Source: Nitrospirales bacterium
GTDB taxonomy: Bacteria; Nitrospirota; Nitrospiria; Nitrospirales; UBA8639
Length of the DNA stretch: 64,000 bases
Reading direction: 5' to 3'
NCBI GenBank assembly: GCA_965203295.1
Contig: CBDBCZ010000019.1
Span: forward strand, 256,001 to 320,000
Of this stretch, positions 19,601 to 58,868 are shown piece after piece. Both the position numbers and the translations under genes were made by a program. How positions within the stretch are numbered: the first letter of the stretch is position 1; every line of letters begins with the position of its first letter. The notes under the pieces were generated by a model. That model saw nothing but the letters and a program-made list of their open reading frames with translations, had not been told where the DNA came from and did no database searches.

Positions 19601-22600
19601 GTGAGGGACTAATGGTCATGCATGCACCATCACTAGCCGCAGCAACAGATCCAGCATCTCTCTCAGAAGCTGCAGCAACAGAGCAACATGGGGAGAATGG
19701 CAGCGTCTAATGAAGGGATTGCTGAGGACAAGTGTACTAAGGTACATGACAGCACACTTGCTGGCTAGATTGAGTAGGGCACTTATTAGATTGAGGGTGG
19801 GCTCTTATAAGTGGGTTCCTGTTGCAGCTGCAGATTGAGCTAGAGCAGTCAAAGGGAGAATGCTGTGATCTGATGGATCGTCTGAAAGTGGCACATATTG
19901 AGAGGACGGAAGCTATTATGGAGAAAGATGACATTGTGCTAAAGTACCACGCTGAGAAGGAACGCAGGAGACGAGCAGAGAGGGAGGTTAGCAATAGAGT
20001 AGGGATGAAAGCTGAGAGTGAACACCTCGACATCAGAGTGCAGGAGCTGACAGTCAACATACCAGTTTCCAATACAGAGGGTGAATTACTAATTCATTCC
20101 AGTCTGTACCGGCTAACCTATTGTCTCCATTTCATTCCACTTTCACTTAGGCCATGGTATGGTATTGGACTGTGGTGTTATAGTAACAGACCTTGTGGAG
20201 AATGGGTTGTCAGTTGCTCATGGAGTCAGACAGGGGGATGAGATTAGACAGGTGTGTGTGGGTGGGCGTGGGTGTCCAACAGGAAGATAGATATAGCTGT
20301 ATGAGCTGAGATGTGATTTAATATTTAGTTTTCTACATGGCCATGTGATAGTGGAAGAGCTAGATACTCACTTGCTGCAGGTCAACTGCATCAACGTGTG
20401 CTCTGACAGAGACCCTCTAGAGTTCACCAGCAGACTGCTCGACTGCGCAGCACAGAACATATCTCTCACTATCAGGAGACAGGTATGGGTGGGGCCTAGG
20501 GTGGAGCCAGGAGTAGAGCTAGGGGTGGGTTTAGGGATGCAGTTGAAATATCCTTGTAAAACATTTGATGGAGGACCTCATGTTAAAGATATAGCATGCT
20601 ACAATGTAAAGAGGGTGACACGGTGTGGGAGCGTCCTCCCTTACAACAACCATTCCTTCCAGGTGCCGGCTAGCTACCACCGCTCTCAGGTGGCCACACC
20701 CACTTCCTCATTGGCCACGCCCACTTCTTCTGGACCGTTCAACCCCCTGGACCCTCAGGTACCTGCCTGGAGGGCCTCCGCAGAGCACCCCAGCTTCCTG
20801 TCTGTCCCCCTTTTGAAACCCTCTTCTGTCCCCGCCCCCGTCCCTCACAAGGTACATGAACTCTCCTCTGTCCCCATCCCCGTCCCCAACCCTAACCCTC
20901 CCACTGGCCCTAGGGTGTGGTTTATGCGGTGCCATGATTGCTTCTTCACAGGCGAACCCTTATGCTGAGAAGTCCACTGACAGTCCGGGCAGGGCCTTCT
21001 GTAGATGTGTCTATTTCTGTAATAAAGAGATTAGCCAGAAGGATTTGTGTGCAGTACAGCCAAACAGCTCAATTTGCTTATTTCACCAGCCTTTTCCCAT
21101 GAGGCTGAGGAGTTTGGGATAGGAGCTGGGCCAGCTAGCTTGCCATCACTCTGCTGACAATATCCTAATTATGATAGCATATGTTTTGAATACCTGTTTA
21201 GGACAGTGGTGTAGACGCCTCAGTGCCAGGAAGTGTCAGCGACAGTGACCGGCCTGCAGGTGCCCTGATTGCCGGGAGCTTCCCCTGCCACATCTCCCAG
21301 GTGTCCCAGGACTCCAAGGAAAGTGGACTCTACTGCATCAGCCCTCCTTGTAAGCCACACCCACTAGTCATGTGACCAGTGACCAACTAGCTACACCCAC
21401 CACTCAAACGCCTTTAGTTTTTGTGACCAATTAATCACTGTACCCACCATATACTATAGCCATATTATTACAATGTCATGTATACCACATGACCATCACA
21501 CCCACCAATCAGGTTGCAGTGCTAACTCCATTAGTCACATGACCAACCACAGACACTTCTTTGTGTTCCTCACTATCCTCAGCCTTTGCCCGTGCGCGAG
21601 GCTCGATGGAGTTGCTAGATAGCATCACCCTCCGCCCAACCCTCGACTCCCGGCACACCTTCCCTGAGCCAGAGCCCTGCATCCTGCAGGAGGGGGAGGA
21701 GGGGGGAGAGGAGGAGGAGGGGGAGGGGGAGAGCTCTGACAATGACGTCTGCCTTCTTCAGTCATCATTAGACAGGTGAGTAGCGACAGAAGTTGCGTCC
21801 CTGTAAACAAATGGCTGAGCGGCTGTGCAATCACCAGCCAGTTCTCGAGTGTTGGTCTGTGGTGACACACACACATACACACACGCATGTACGCACACAC
21901 ACACGCATGTACGCACACACACACACACATACACATTCACACACACACACACACAGTGCACACAGGCACCCACGCACTGACAGTGTCAGTACCAACAGTG
22001 GGATGGATGACAGTGTCAAGTCCTATCCTGGGGCCATTCGGCGGCACAAGGTCAGCAGGGAAGAGCGGTTGAAGAGGATCTCACGCTCCCTGGATGACCT
22101 GACTCCAGTAAGCCTCTGCCAGCAGCCATTGTTTCATAAAGTGCTCACACTCCACATACACACGTGCACACACACACACACACACAGTTTACGATGGGGC
22201 ATCAAGAGGTCCTTCCTACTCCTGTCATGCCTGTAAAGTCAGAGGATGGAAATTTGTGAGCATACAGCCATATAAGTCTGCTGTAGCCAGCCAAACGGAT
22301 GGTCTTCGTGTTGGACTTAATTGTTCTAATTTGGAATGTGGATGTTATAATACATCTCACAGGGCCCGGCCTATATGACCTAATAGTCAGCTTTGATCTC
22401 TACAGCACCTATTCTCTGCCTGAACCACAAAATTACTTAATATCTACTAGAACAACAATGACTTGAGGAGAGGATGTGTTTCAAATAGTGACTGGCCTTT
22501 CATGTATTTTCTTTATCTCGCTTCATCCCCTTTCCACTCTTCAGAATGCACAACTATGAAGAACCCTTCAGGATATCCCCACCTCCCGACCATCCAGCCA

Positions 22601-23595
22601 GCCAGCTGCAGCAATACTCCAATGTCGCTCCTGGCAGCATGCTCCCCGCTGAACTGTGCACGTCTGACAACCTCATGGGGGCTGTAGTCCCTGACGACCG
22701 AGCACAGCTTCTCCTGGAGGGTTACCAGAAGGAGCGACAGCAGTACGAAGAGGCCCAGCTGAAACAGCAGAATGCGAGGCAGAGGACAGCCGGCCGTCCT
22801 GTGGATGTCTACACCAATCCCATTGATGCCATCCAGGACCACGTCTCTAGTCATCCCAAGGGCCTGAAGGTTGGCTTCTCTGAGAAAGCATCACCTCCTA
22901 GTAAATTTGGCATTGGAACTGAGGGAGCATCTGATGTGGAAGTATATTCATTTTATAGTGAAGTTTTCGACCAGTTGCCTCCGAATCAGGCAGAAAGTGT
23001 CGGTAGACCAGCGTCAAAATCTGTGCGGCCCATCTTTTATTTTCGAAGTTCCAGGTATGATTATGGATACGAAGATGTTGGAGATTTCGGCTCGAGCGGC
23101 AAGGATGGCACAGCAGTGAAGCCCTCTTCCCTCCCATCTGGAAGCCTGGGTGATGCCGGTAACCAGGATACGAAGCGATTCTCCGGTCCCCATGGGGGGA
23201 GGAAAGAGTCCTCCAAGGAAGTGGTTCAACTTGTACATGGAAAGACCAGGAGTTTTCGTCTCACGAGCACAGGTCAGGTGAAGAAAACCAGAGTGGATAC
23301 AGAAGACTCTGAGCCTGAAGATTCTAACTTCAATGTTCACAAGGACACCGTCTCCCAGACGCAAGAGCACGTTGTTTCGAAGGAAGATGTCGACACTGCC
23401 AAGCTGAAGGAGGCTGCATTTGAAATCGAAGAAGACCAGCCGGGAACTGATTCGTATGCGATAGTGAACGTTGTCGACAAGAAGCAATACAGGGCAGAGG
23501 CAGATGGAGACAAAGCTGTAGGTTCCGGTGCCCCACAGCACTACTCTGTTAAGGACAGTCCCACAAAGCCAGTGGCTGAGTCAACACCTGTCTAG
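13686..23595 (+). CDS. Multidomain scaffold: death domain, DED-like domain, coiled coil, PDZ, low-complexity region, Tyr-motif tail. Exons 13686-13716, 14952-15242, 17575-17655, 17737-18644, 18783-18893 (or 18902), 19637-19741, 19828-20080, 20151-20251, 20381-20482, 20663-20851, ~20952-? (uncertain), 21202-21349, 21583-21775, 21957-22107, 22188-22255, 22545-23595
   Basis: Splice phases match across junctions except around the uncertain ~20952 exon. Death domain WYNMGLELGL..PSWMALVEALRS; heptad-rich LQIELEQSKGE..KERRRRAERE; PDZ-like GMVLDCGVIVTDLVENGLSVAHGVRQGDEIRQVNCINV..ISLTIRR. Confidence 0.68.
14029..14331. mobile_element. TAG...CTA element with a perfect 9-bp TSD
   Basis: TSD tacttaacc on both sides of TAGTCT...GAGACTA. 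Internal inverted repeat GTCTGGTACAGACGCCG / CGGCGTCCGTACCAGAC. Confidence 0.75.
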
Positions 23596-24261
23596 GTGGA
23601 TGTCAGCATGGCACTATTAGGAGAGAATGACTTTGCCCAATGATTAGGTGTTTGTCATCATTGCCCGCCATTTTTGTCAGCATTCAGCAAGACAATGATA
23701 TGTGGCCTTGTTATCATTGTAATCTTCTTTTGTACATTTACCATGCCTTATCTATTTCCCAGACTTTGTATATTTTCATGAAGTTCTATGACAGTGCTGT
23801 ATGTATACCCTCCTGTATTGTGGTTATGAGATGTCTACTTTTATGCTACCGACAAAAAAGTTTCTGAACTCTTGCTCCCAGGCTTCCACCCCAGCTTTTG
23901 TCACTGCCTAGCCTTATAGGAATACTGTACACATAGTGGTACTAGGAGTGTACAAATGAGGTATTACTCGTACGTATTTGTAGAGTGCTGTTAATTTTGC
24001 AAAAAAGAAAATCATATACAGGCATGTACTTGTCAACATACGAGCAACTGTACAAACCTCACACATTGTTGCGCTATAACAATCACACCACGCATGCATG
24101 TATATCGTTAATTAGTGAATTTAAAATATACATACATTGCACAACAGACCTGTTTTCACTTTGCCATCAGTATCCATGTATGACTCCATGATGGTGTACA
24201 TCGTTTTTAATAACATAATAATATGGAAGGCAATACAACAATGTCATACACTATGATGTAA

Positions 24262-30133
<5,872 letters not shown>

Positions 30134-30463
30134 CTTTGCTGGCCGATTTGTAATACACGTGGTTGATCACGCGATATCACGTGCACGCAAACCTGGGCAC
30201 GAGACTAATTATATAATACCACGCATGCTTTATGCGGGCGCGGGGGTGTGGCTTTCACTTCCGCAGCACACACAGTACAGTACAGTACTGTAGTGCTAGT
30301 GTCAGCAGTGGGTGGGCTAGATTGCTTGCTTGTAAAGTTCTACATATGTCTATGATCGAGTTGCTTATATTGCCATGAAGTAAGGAGCGGCGCTCAATGT
30401 TATTGAATCCCGCATCTACTCAAGTTTGGTGAAGAAGCATAACTTTTCATCTGCGATATCGCG

Positions 30464-41842
<11,379 letters not shown>

Positions 41843-42966
41843 GCAGAGCGGATGTTATCTGTGCATGTAACCTTTTTTTTCCGTTTTGTAATCACTTTCT
41901 CTGGTTATTGTGAACTCGCATACCCATTCCAAGTCTTATACACATGTTGGATTGGGTTTGAGACTAGTAAGTGCAAGGGGTTATTTTTTTATTTTTGTAG
42001 CATTAATATTGCTCACACTGGAATTGTTAGTATACATTGGCTGTCCTGACTACAAACTTTGTACATTGGGATATTAAAGACGTGTATTTCCTTGCTAACT
42101 GCATGTAGCTACGTAATTAAGGCAAAGTCTTAATTTCTGTTCCTGCTTCTGCAAGTATGCAGTACTGGTGACAATGTATAATGATTCTACGTATACACTT
42201 TATTCCTGAGCTGGAGCATGATGCCTATTGCTTGTGCCTCGCCTTGTATTATTATACTGCTTTACAAGGAGTAGAGAATGAAGGTTAAGGTCGCAATTGA
42301 AAATCAGTTGCATTAATTAGCTGTTTATATGACTGCACAGCCAGCTAAGTTTCCAGTCTCCGCAGCCAAATTTGAAGCCATTGAGTAGTTTTTTTTTTAA
42401 GAAAAAAAGGCTGCAGTTCAGATCATGTAGGGATGGATCTTCCCAAAACAGCCAAACAAGCTGCATATCGCAGTGCAATGTGTTACGAAGTACCATCCTT
42501 GAATGGGAGGGTGAGTGATTCTCTTGGGAATGTATACACGTAATACTGATATAATTCATTAACAAAGTTACTGTGTGCGGTGTTCATGGGGTTTTACTGT
42601 TTACTCTTGTAAATATACAATCATGCATTTGCCTGCATGCATGTTTCGCATCATTCCAGCTTAGGGTTAAGCTACATGTAGTACATGAACTTTGTATAGC
42701 CTTTCAGCAAAACTGTAAATCTTAGCCGATCTACATCTATTCATGCAGTGTACGGACTTGTGTGGGCATGTCTTGTAGTAGACGTTAGGCTGTATATTGA
42801 ACTTTGTATAAATAGGCCATACATACGTATAGGTATATTCCAGTTTTCTATGAAGCAAGTTACCACACCGTGACAGTGCATAACTATCAATACACTGTAT
42901 AACTGTATACATGATTGTACAAAAACACATTTGAACAGAACAGGAATAAATTTCCACTCTAACATA

Positions 42967-45900
42967 CTAAAACGGTGAATTCATTCCGAGTTTCGTCTCA
43001 AACTCCAGCCTGAGATGCCGCTGCACTTTCACCAGTGTCTTCTTGTCCCAATACTTCAGCAACTCCTGAACAGGCAGCAGAAGGAACGGCCAGGAGAATC
43101 CGATGACCCAGACGTACCAGGGCACAGAAGAGAGGCGGGCAATCTGGGAGCGTTGATAGGCGCTGACAGTTACGCTCTGCGATATCGTAGAGTAGATGAC
43201 TTGAAGGAGTACTGCTCCTGTTACCGTCAGCGAGTACTGCCACGAGATGAAACGCCACAGTTTCCAGAGTGGCTTGGTGCGATGGACGAAGCGAATCGAC
43301 AGAGCTACCAGGGAGACGGTGATGAAGAAAGCTACCAGGTCTTGTGCAAATACGAGCCCCTGTTCGTAGTCGCCCCTCCAGCCGTTCCAAAGTGAAGTCT
43401 GGGTTTCGTTTCTGTCCCCAAGCAGCGGATGACAGTCGGCGTTAGGCTGCTCAGAGCATATCGCTCCCACGGTTAGGGCAAACAGAAGCAGGTCGATCAC
43501 CGTAGTTGGCACAAACGTCGTGAGTAGGTTGACCAAAAAGAACCACTTGTCGCTCCAAACCTGCTTGGTCCTATTCGGCATCTGTGACTGGATAGCGGGG
43601 TCAACTGGAGTGGCGATAAAGGAGACAGCTAGCGTGGGAAAGACGAACAGAACGAACCAGAAAATGTGAGAGCCAGAAAGGGGCGGAGGAAGGAAGAAGA
43701 GAGTCGCCAGTAGAATCAGCAGCGAGAGACTGAGCGAGCTGCCCAACCAGAAGAGGAAGCCCCGACGAACACAGCTGAGGATGTGTCTGGATTCGGTCAC
43801 CAACGAGATGACGCTGATGTTGTTGTCCCTGTTGCAGCTGAGCTGACAAGCACTGGAGTTGAGAAAGGAGGCCATTTCGAGAGGAGTGGGCCAGTTCAAA
43901 GCATGCTGCTGTTGTTGCGAGGCAGAGTGGACAGAGAAATGCTCGGAGTGAGAAGACTGTAGGCTCTGCGCGATCGTGGTGGGACACCTCGAGGACTTGG
44001 CTTGGTTGGGAGTGATGCTCAAGCTGATGTCTGCCTGCGAGAACACCAGGAGATTATCGCCGTTCCAGGAGTTCCCGATGCACATGACGACCTCCCCGTT
44101 CTCCTGCATGATCTCCATCATCTCTCGGACGGCATCCGTGGTGCAGTCGGTGAAGAGCGGGACGAGAAGGGGGACGTTGTCCACGTTCTTGATGTGGGGG
44201 CGAACGTTCGTGATTCCCTTGGGCAGTTTGGCCGTTATGTAGGACTTGTATGCGTAGGCGTGGACCACAGAGCTCAGGCTAGAGCTGGCGCTCGTCGTGG
44301 TGCTGTCGAGCTCTTCGCTGGAACTCGAGACGTCGTCCTCGTCTAGGGAGTCGGCCAGCGAGATGTGGCAGTTCCAGCCGGCTTCTAGCCCGAGCTTCTG
44401 AGCGAATATCTTTCCGCGTACCTCGTTCTCGGCCGTGAAATGGACGAATCGGATCCCGGCCGTCTCTAAGTCTTCGATCAGAGTGACCACGTCTTGTTGC
44501 GGTTGAAACTGAAGCGAAACCATGCCGAGAAAGACTTGATTGCACTGTAGACTCGCAAATATCTGCTCCGCACTGGAGGAGCGCGGCACCACTACGATCC
44601 CCTCCTCATTGTTACCACCGCCGCTCGCAGTGTCCGGGAGCATCATCATGCTCATATCGCTGAAATTCCTCTGCATGTGCCTCTCGGGTAAGAATATCCC
44701 GAGTTTCTCGTTTCTCAGATGCGCGAGATCGAATTCCAGCAGGGGGTTGTAAGCGAGGGTGACACAATAGGAACTTAGACTGCGGCGGGTGAAGAAATCC
44801 AAGATGGTTCCCCTCTCCAAGTCGGTCATGGGTTGAAGGTCCCTCCCGTCCCAGAAGTCGCTACAACAGGCAGACACCATGTCTCCGCTCCCCCGGCTCA
44901 TGACGAGATAAGTTCCGGATTCATTGTTGCGGAGCGCCGTCGAGACAATGTGCGGTTGAACGATCTGTGCGGCATTGAACAGCGAAGAACAGGCCTTCCG
45001 GGAGAGAGTGCTTCTCTGGAACCCCTCGGGGGGGTTGCCCAGGCTATACAGCAAAACCTCGTTTGCAAACTGATTGGTGGAATACTCCGTGACTCCTATC
45101 TCGACTCCGAGAGGACACAGGCAACCGGTGACCTGGAGGTATTTTCTCAGCTGCTCGTTCGTTCCCTCGGGGGACCAGAGATAGGGATCGGCGAAAAGGT
45201 GCGAGGAGGCTAGCACGTTGACCCCGACCGGCTTGAGAGACCCGATATGAGCCTCCCAGTTGACGTCATCGAAGCAGAGCCCAGAATGGCTCTCGCTGTT
45301 GGAGGACAGGTCCAGCACTTCCGTGACCACCTCGAAAGGGGCTGCCTCGGAAACGGTCGACGTGGTGCTCACGTTGTCTGGCGGTTTCGGTGGCTGCAAA
45401 TGAGCTGGTGGCTCTTCTTGACGTTTTGAGCGAGAGGTCTCTTTTTTGTCTCCAAACTGGAGCTTTCTGGCGGCATATCTTTCTCCTGAGGTTGAGGGAG
45501 GGTGCCTTTCCGACCCACCATTTCTGGCATCATCTGCAGAGCTGTTTGGAATTTTAAAGTTTACTGGCTCTGCAGTATGAGTCTGGTTCTCCTCTGATAC
45601 AGCCGGAGGCAGGTCTTTGCTTTCTTGATTTCCATTCCCATTCCTATCCTCTTCAGTTACATCTCCAGTTCCATTCCCATTCCTATCCTCTTTAGTTACA
45701 TCTCCAGTTCCATTCCCATTCCTATCCTCTTCAGTTACATCTCCAGTTCCATTCCCATTCCTATCCTCTTCAGTTACACCTCCAGTTCCATTCCCATTCC
45801 TATCCTCTTCAGTTACATCTCCAGTTCCATTCCCATTCCTATCCTCTTCAGTCCCATTCCCATTCCCATTCCCATCCTCCTCGGTCACATTCCCACGATC

Positions 45901-47127
45901 GTCTTCATCGAGACCCATCGCCTTCGTATACCTAAAGAAGAAGACCTTCTCTGGTGTGGGGGAGCCCCCTGTCAATACATACTCCTTGTCGACAGCACAG
46001 AAAGATGTTAGACTCCCGAGAAGATGGACCGAACGATAGTTCGGGTACATCGAAGGCCGCAACACAATACAGAGCATCTTCTTCACAATCTGGTACACGT
46101 TTCTGAGGTGGTCCACCCCTCTGAGGCCTTTGAAGAAGGAGGGGCCCTTTTCGACGAGGAGGACGATTCTTGCAGTGCCGTAGATGTTCACGACTATCCA
46201 CAGTAGAGGCAACGGGAGCATGAGCAAGGGGACAGTAGTGTAGCTCTGCAATCGGAAGAGCAGTTCGTACCAGACGTCGAAATCGTCCGGAAGTGCCAGA
46301 TAACGAATTAGGTTTACAATCAGAGATATAGGGAGCACAATCACCATGGCGATGTTCAGGGCTCCCAGCGCACAGTCCTTCTCGCAGCAGACAAACGATT
46401 GAGATCGCTTCTTCCCGATTGTCGATTTCAAGACGGCAACCACCGGCGCATCGGTCACAGCAAACTGGACTCCCTTTGCTGCCGGCAAAAACCTCACATC
46501 AGCATCGTCCTTTCCAATACCGCAAGTCCTTTCGTGGCCGACTCGGAAGATTTCATCTGGCAGAACTTCGCCAACGAGAAAATTCACGTCGGTCGGCTCC
46601 TTAGTGGCTGGATCCAGGAGAACAACATTCGCCGGAGTCGTCATGCCTTCGTACAGCTCAATGACATCGCCTTCAACTAGTAAATTGGTGGGTAGGTTAA
46701 CGACAACGCCGTCTCTGTACGCTCGAATTGTAAAATTTCCCCTGAGGGTCGCGATCGACCTAGCCGGGTACGACCCGGGGCTCCAGGGGCAAGGGGAGCT
46801 GAGAAAAGGCTCCACCTTTCTCAGCAGCCGCTTGATTCTGTGAGTCCGGAGGATGTAAACGTCCCAGAAAAACAGCACCGAGTTGAAGGCCGTCGTCAGT
46901 AGCAGAAACACTCCCTGGAATAGAACGGCCGCGTCGCTCTCGCTGACCGCGTAGTCCGCAACGAGGAGGACCCCGGAGATTAGCACCAGGGTGAACGTCA
47001 GGGGGACAAAGGGGCGCCGGCATAGCTCCCTCGTCCAGCGGATGGGGGTGGTGTTAGAGGCCAAGCGCTGGAGCTCCTCGTACAGTCGCTGCTGCGCCTC
47101 CTGTGAGGATAGGCCGACGTGAGTCAT
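42967..47127 (-). CDS. TMEM94: Transmembrane protein 94 (degenerate P-type ATPase-like), single-exon CDS, 1386 aa
   Basis: RAYRDGVVVNLPTNLLVEGDVIEL, AGIRFVHFTAENE, KLGLEAGWNCHISL, VDNVPLLVPLFTDCT and the C-terminal LEFETKLGMNSPF. Confidence 0.95.
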   Translation of the reverse strand: MTHVGLSSQEAQQRLYEELQRLASNTTPIRWTRELCRRPFVPLTFTLVLISGVLLVADYAVSESDAAVLFQGVFLLLTTAFNSVLFFWDVYILRTHRIKRLLRKVEPFLSSPCPWSPGSYPARSIATLRGNFTIRAYRDGVVVNLPTNLLVEGDVIELYEGMTTPANVVLLDPATKEPTDVNFLVGEVLPDEIFRVGHERTCGIGKDDADVRFLPAAKGVQFAVTDAPVVAVLKSTIGKKRSQSFVCCEKDCALGALNIAMVIVLPISLIVNLIRYLALPDDFDVWYELLFRLQSYTTVPLLMLPLPLLWIVVNIYGTARIVLLVEKGPSFFKGLRGVDHLRNVYQIVKKMLCIVLRPSMYPNYRSVHLLGSLTSFCAVDKEYVLTGGSPTPEKVFFFRYTKAMGLDEDDRGNVTEEDGNGNGNGTEEDRNGNGTGDVTEEDRNGNGTGGVTEEDRNGNGTGDVTEEDRNGNGTGDVTKEDRNGNGTGDVTEEDRNGNGNQESKDLPPAVSEENQTHTAEPVNFKIPNSSADDARNGGSERHPPSTSGERYAARKLQFGDKKETSRSKRQEEPPAHLQPPKPPDNVSTTSTVSEAAPFEVVTEVLDLSSNSESHSGLCFDDVNWEAHIGSLKPVGVNVLASSHLFADPYLWSPEGTNEQLRKYLQVTGCLCPLGVEIGVTEYSTNQFANEVLLYSLGNPPEGFQRSTLSRKACSSLFNAAQIVQPHIVSTALRNNESGTYLVMSRGSGDMVSACCSDFWDGRDLQPMTDLERGTILDFFTRRSLSSYCVTLAYNPLLEFDLAHLRNEKLGIFLPERHMQRNFSDMSMMMLPDTASGGGNNEEGIVVVPRSSSAEQIFASLQCNQVFLGMVSLQFQPQQDVVTLIEDLETAGIRFVHFTAENEVRGKIFAQKLGLEAGWNCHISLADSLDEDDVSSSSEELDSTTTSASSSLSSVVHAYAYKSYITAKLPKGITNVRPHIKNVDNVPLLVPLFTDCTTDAVREMMEIMQENGEVVMCIGNSWNGDNLLVFSQADISLSITPNQAKSSRCPTTIAQSLQSSHSEHFSVHSASQQQQHALNWPTPLEMASFLNSSACQLSCNRDNNISVISLVTESRHILSCVRRGFLFWLGSSLSLSLLILLATLFFLPPPLSGSHIFWFVLFVFPTLAVSFIATPVDPAIQSQMPNRTKQVWSDKWFFLVNLLTTFVPTTVIDLLLFALTVGAICSEQPNADCHPLLGDRNETQTSLWNGWRGDYEQGLVFAQDLVAFFITVSLVALSIRFVHRTKPLWKLWRFISWQYSLTVTGAVLLQVIYSTISQSVTVSAYQRSQIARLSSVPWYVWVIGFSWPFLLLPVQELLKYWDKKTLVKVQRHLRLEFETKLGMNSPF
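45631..45880 (-). repeat. 39-bp coding tandem repeat (~6 copies) in TMEM94 encoding GTGDVTEEDRNGN
   Basis: Visible in both DNA and translation. Confidence 0.92.
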
Positions 47128-47436
47128 CTTCTGCTGGCTCTGAATGGTCGCATGGTGTCACGATTCCACAATCTGTAGCGTTTTTGAAGCCCTATAGCAT
47201 GAACATAGAACGTTTATTAAGCAACTGTATTCTAGCCATCTAATACAGTTCCAATAGGTCGTCTATCGCGTTTTAATATGAAAGCTGCAGATGCAATTAG
47301 ACTTGGTATTGTTCCCAGACCCTCTGACACTCACTCCGTCAGAGGGACAGAGGATCTGGGAACGAGACTAACTTATTTGTGTTCTGCCTCCGCCCTCTCT
47401 TTCTCCATATAGAGCCTCCCTCAATGCCCGCAGTTC

Positions 47437-47459
47437 ATTGGCTAAATTTCGGCGGGAAA
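47437..47459. promoter_or_regulatory. CCAAT box and E2F-type site in the divergent TMEM94/CCHCR1 promoter
   Basis: ATTGG at 47437 and GGCGGGAAA (reverse complement TTTCCCGCC) at 47451, between head-to-head starts 47127 and 47670. Confidence 0.45.
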
Positions 47460-47669
47460 TTGCGAATAGCTACTGCACTTTTAGCTGCGCTGTAATTGGG
47501 GTACCAGCTAAGCATGAACCGTGCTATCTGCAGCTGTTGAAGGCCAGTGATAATGTAACGGTACAGGAGATAATAAAAACATAAGATGTGTCTCCTTTAA
47601 ACTATCTGCTGGTACATCAAGTTGGTGAAATCATCAATAACAGAGCTTATTACCTATGGTATTAAAAAT

Positions 47670-58691
<11,022 letters not shown>

Positions 58692-58868
58692 GGTGCATGC
58701 TGATATTTTTTTTATAATAATGATCAAGTTAATTATAAAATTATAGCCTTGATCCCAGTCCTCACTACTGATAGGGCAGGGAGGCCCAGGATCAAGGCTA
58801 TATAGTTATACATGCATGATTGTGAAAATGGTTGCAAAGTGATGCTACATCTGTTGCTGTCTGGGAGC

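Noticed and set aside
43015..46843. Plus-strand ORFs antisense to TMEM94
   Set aside because: Shadow ORFs of a GC-rich coding sequence.
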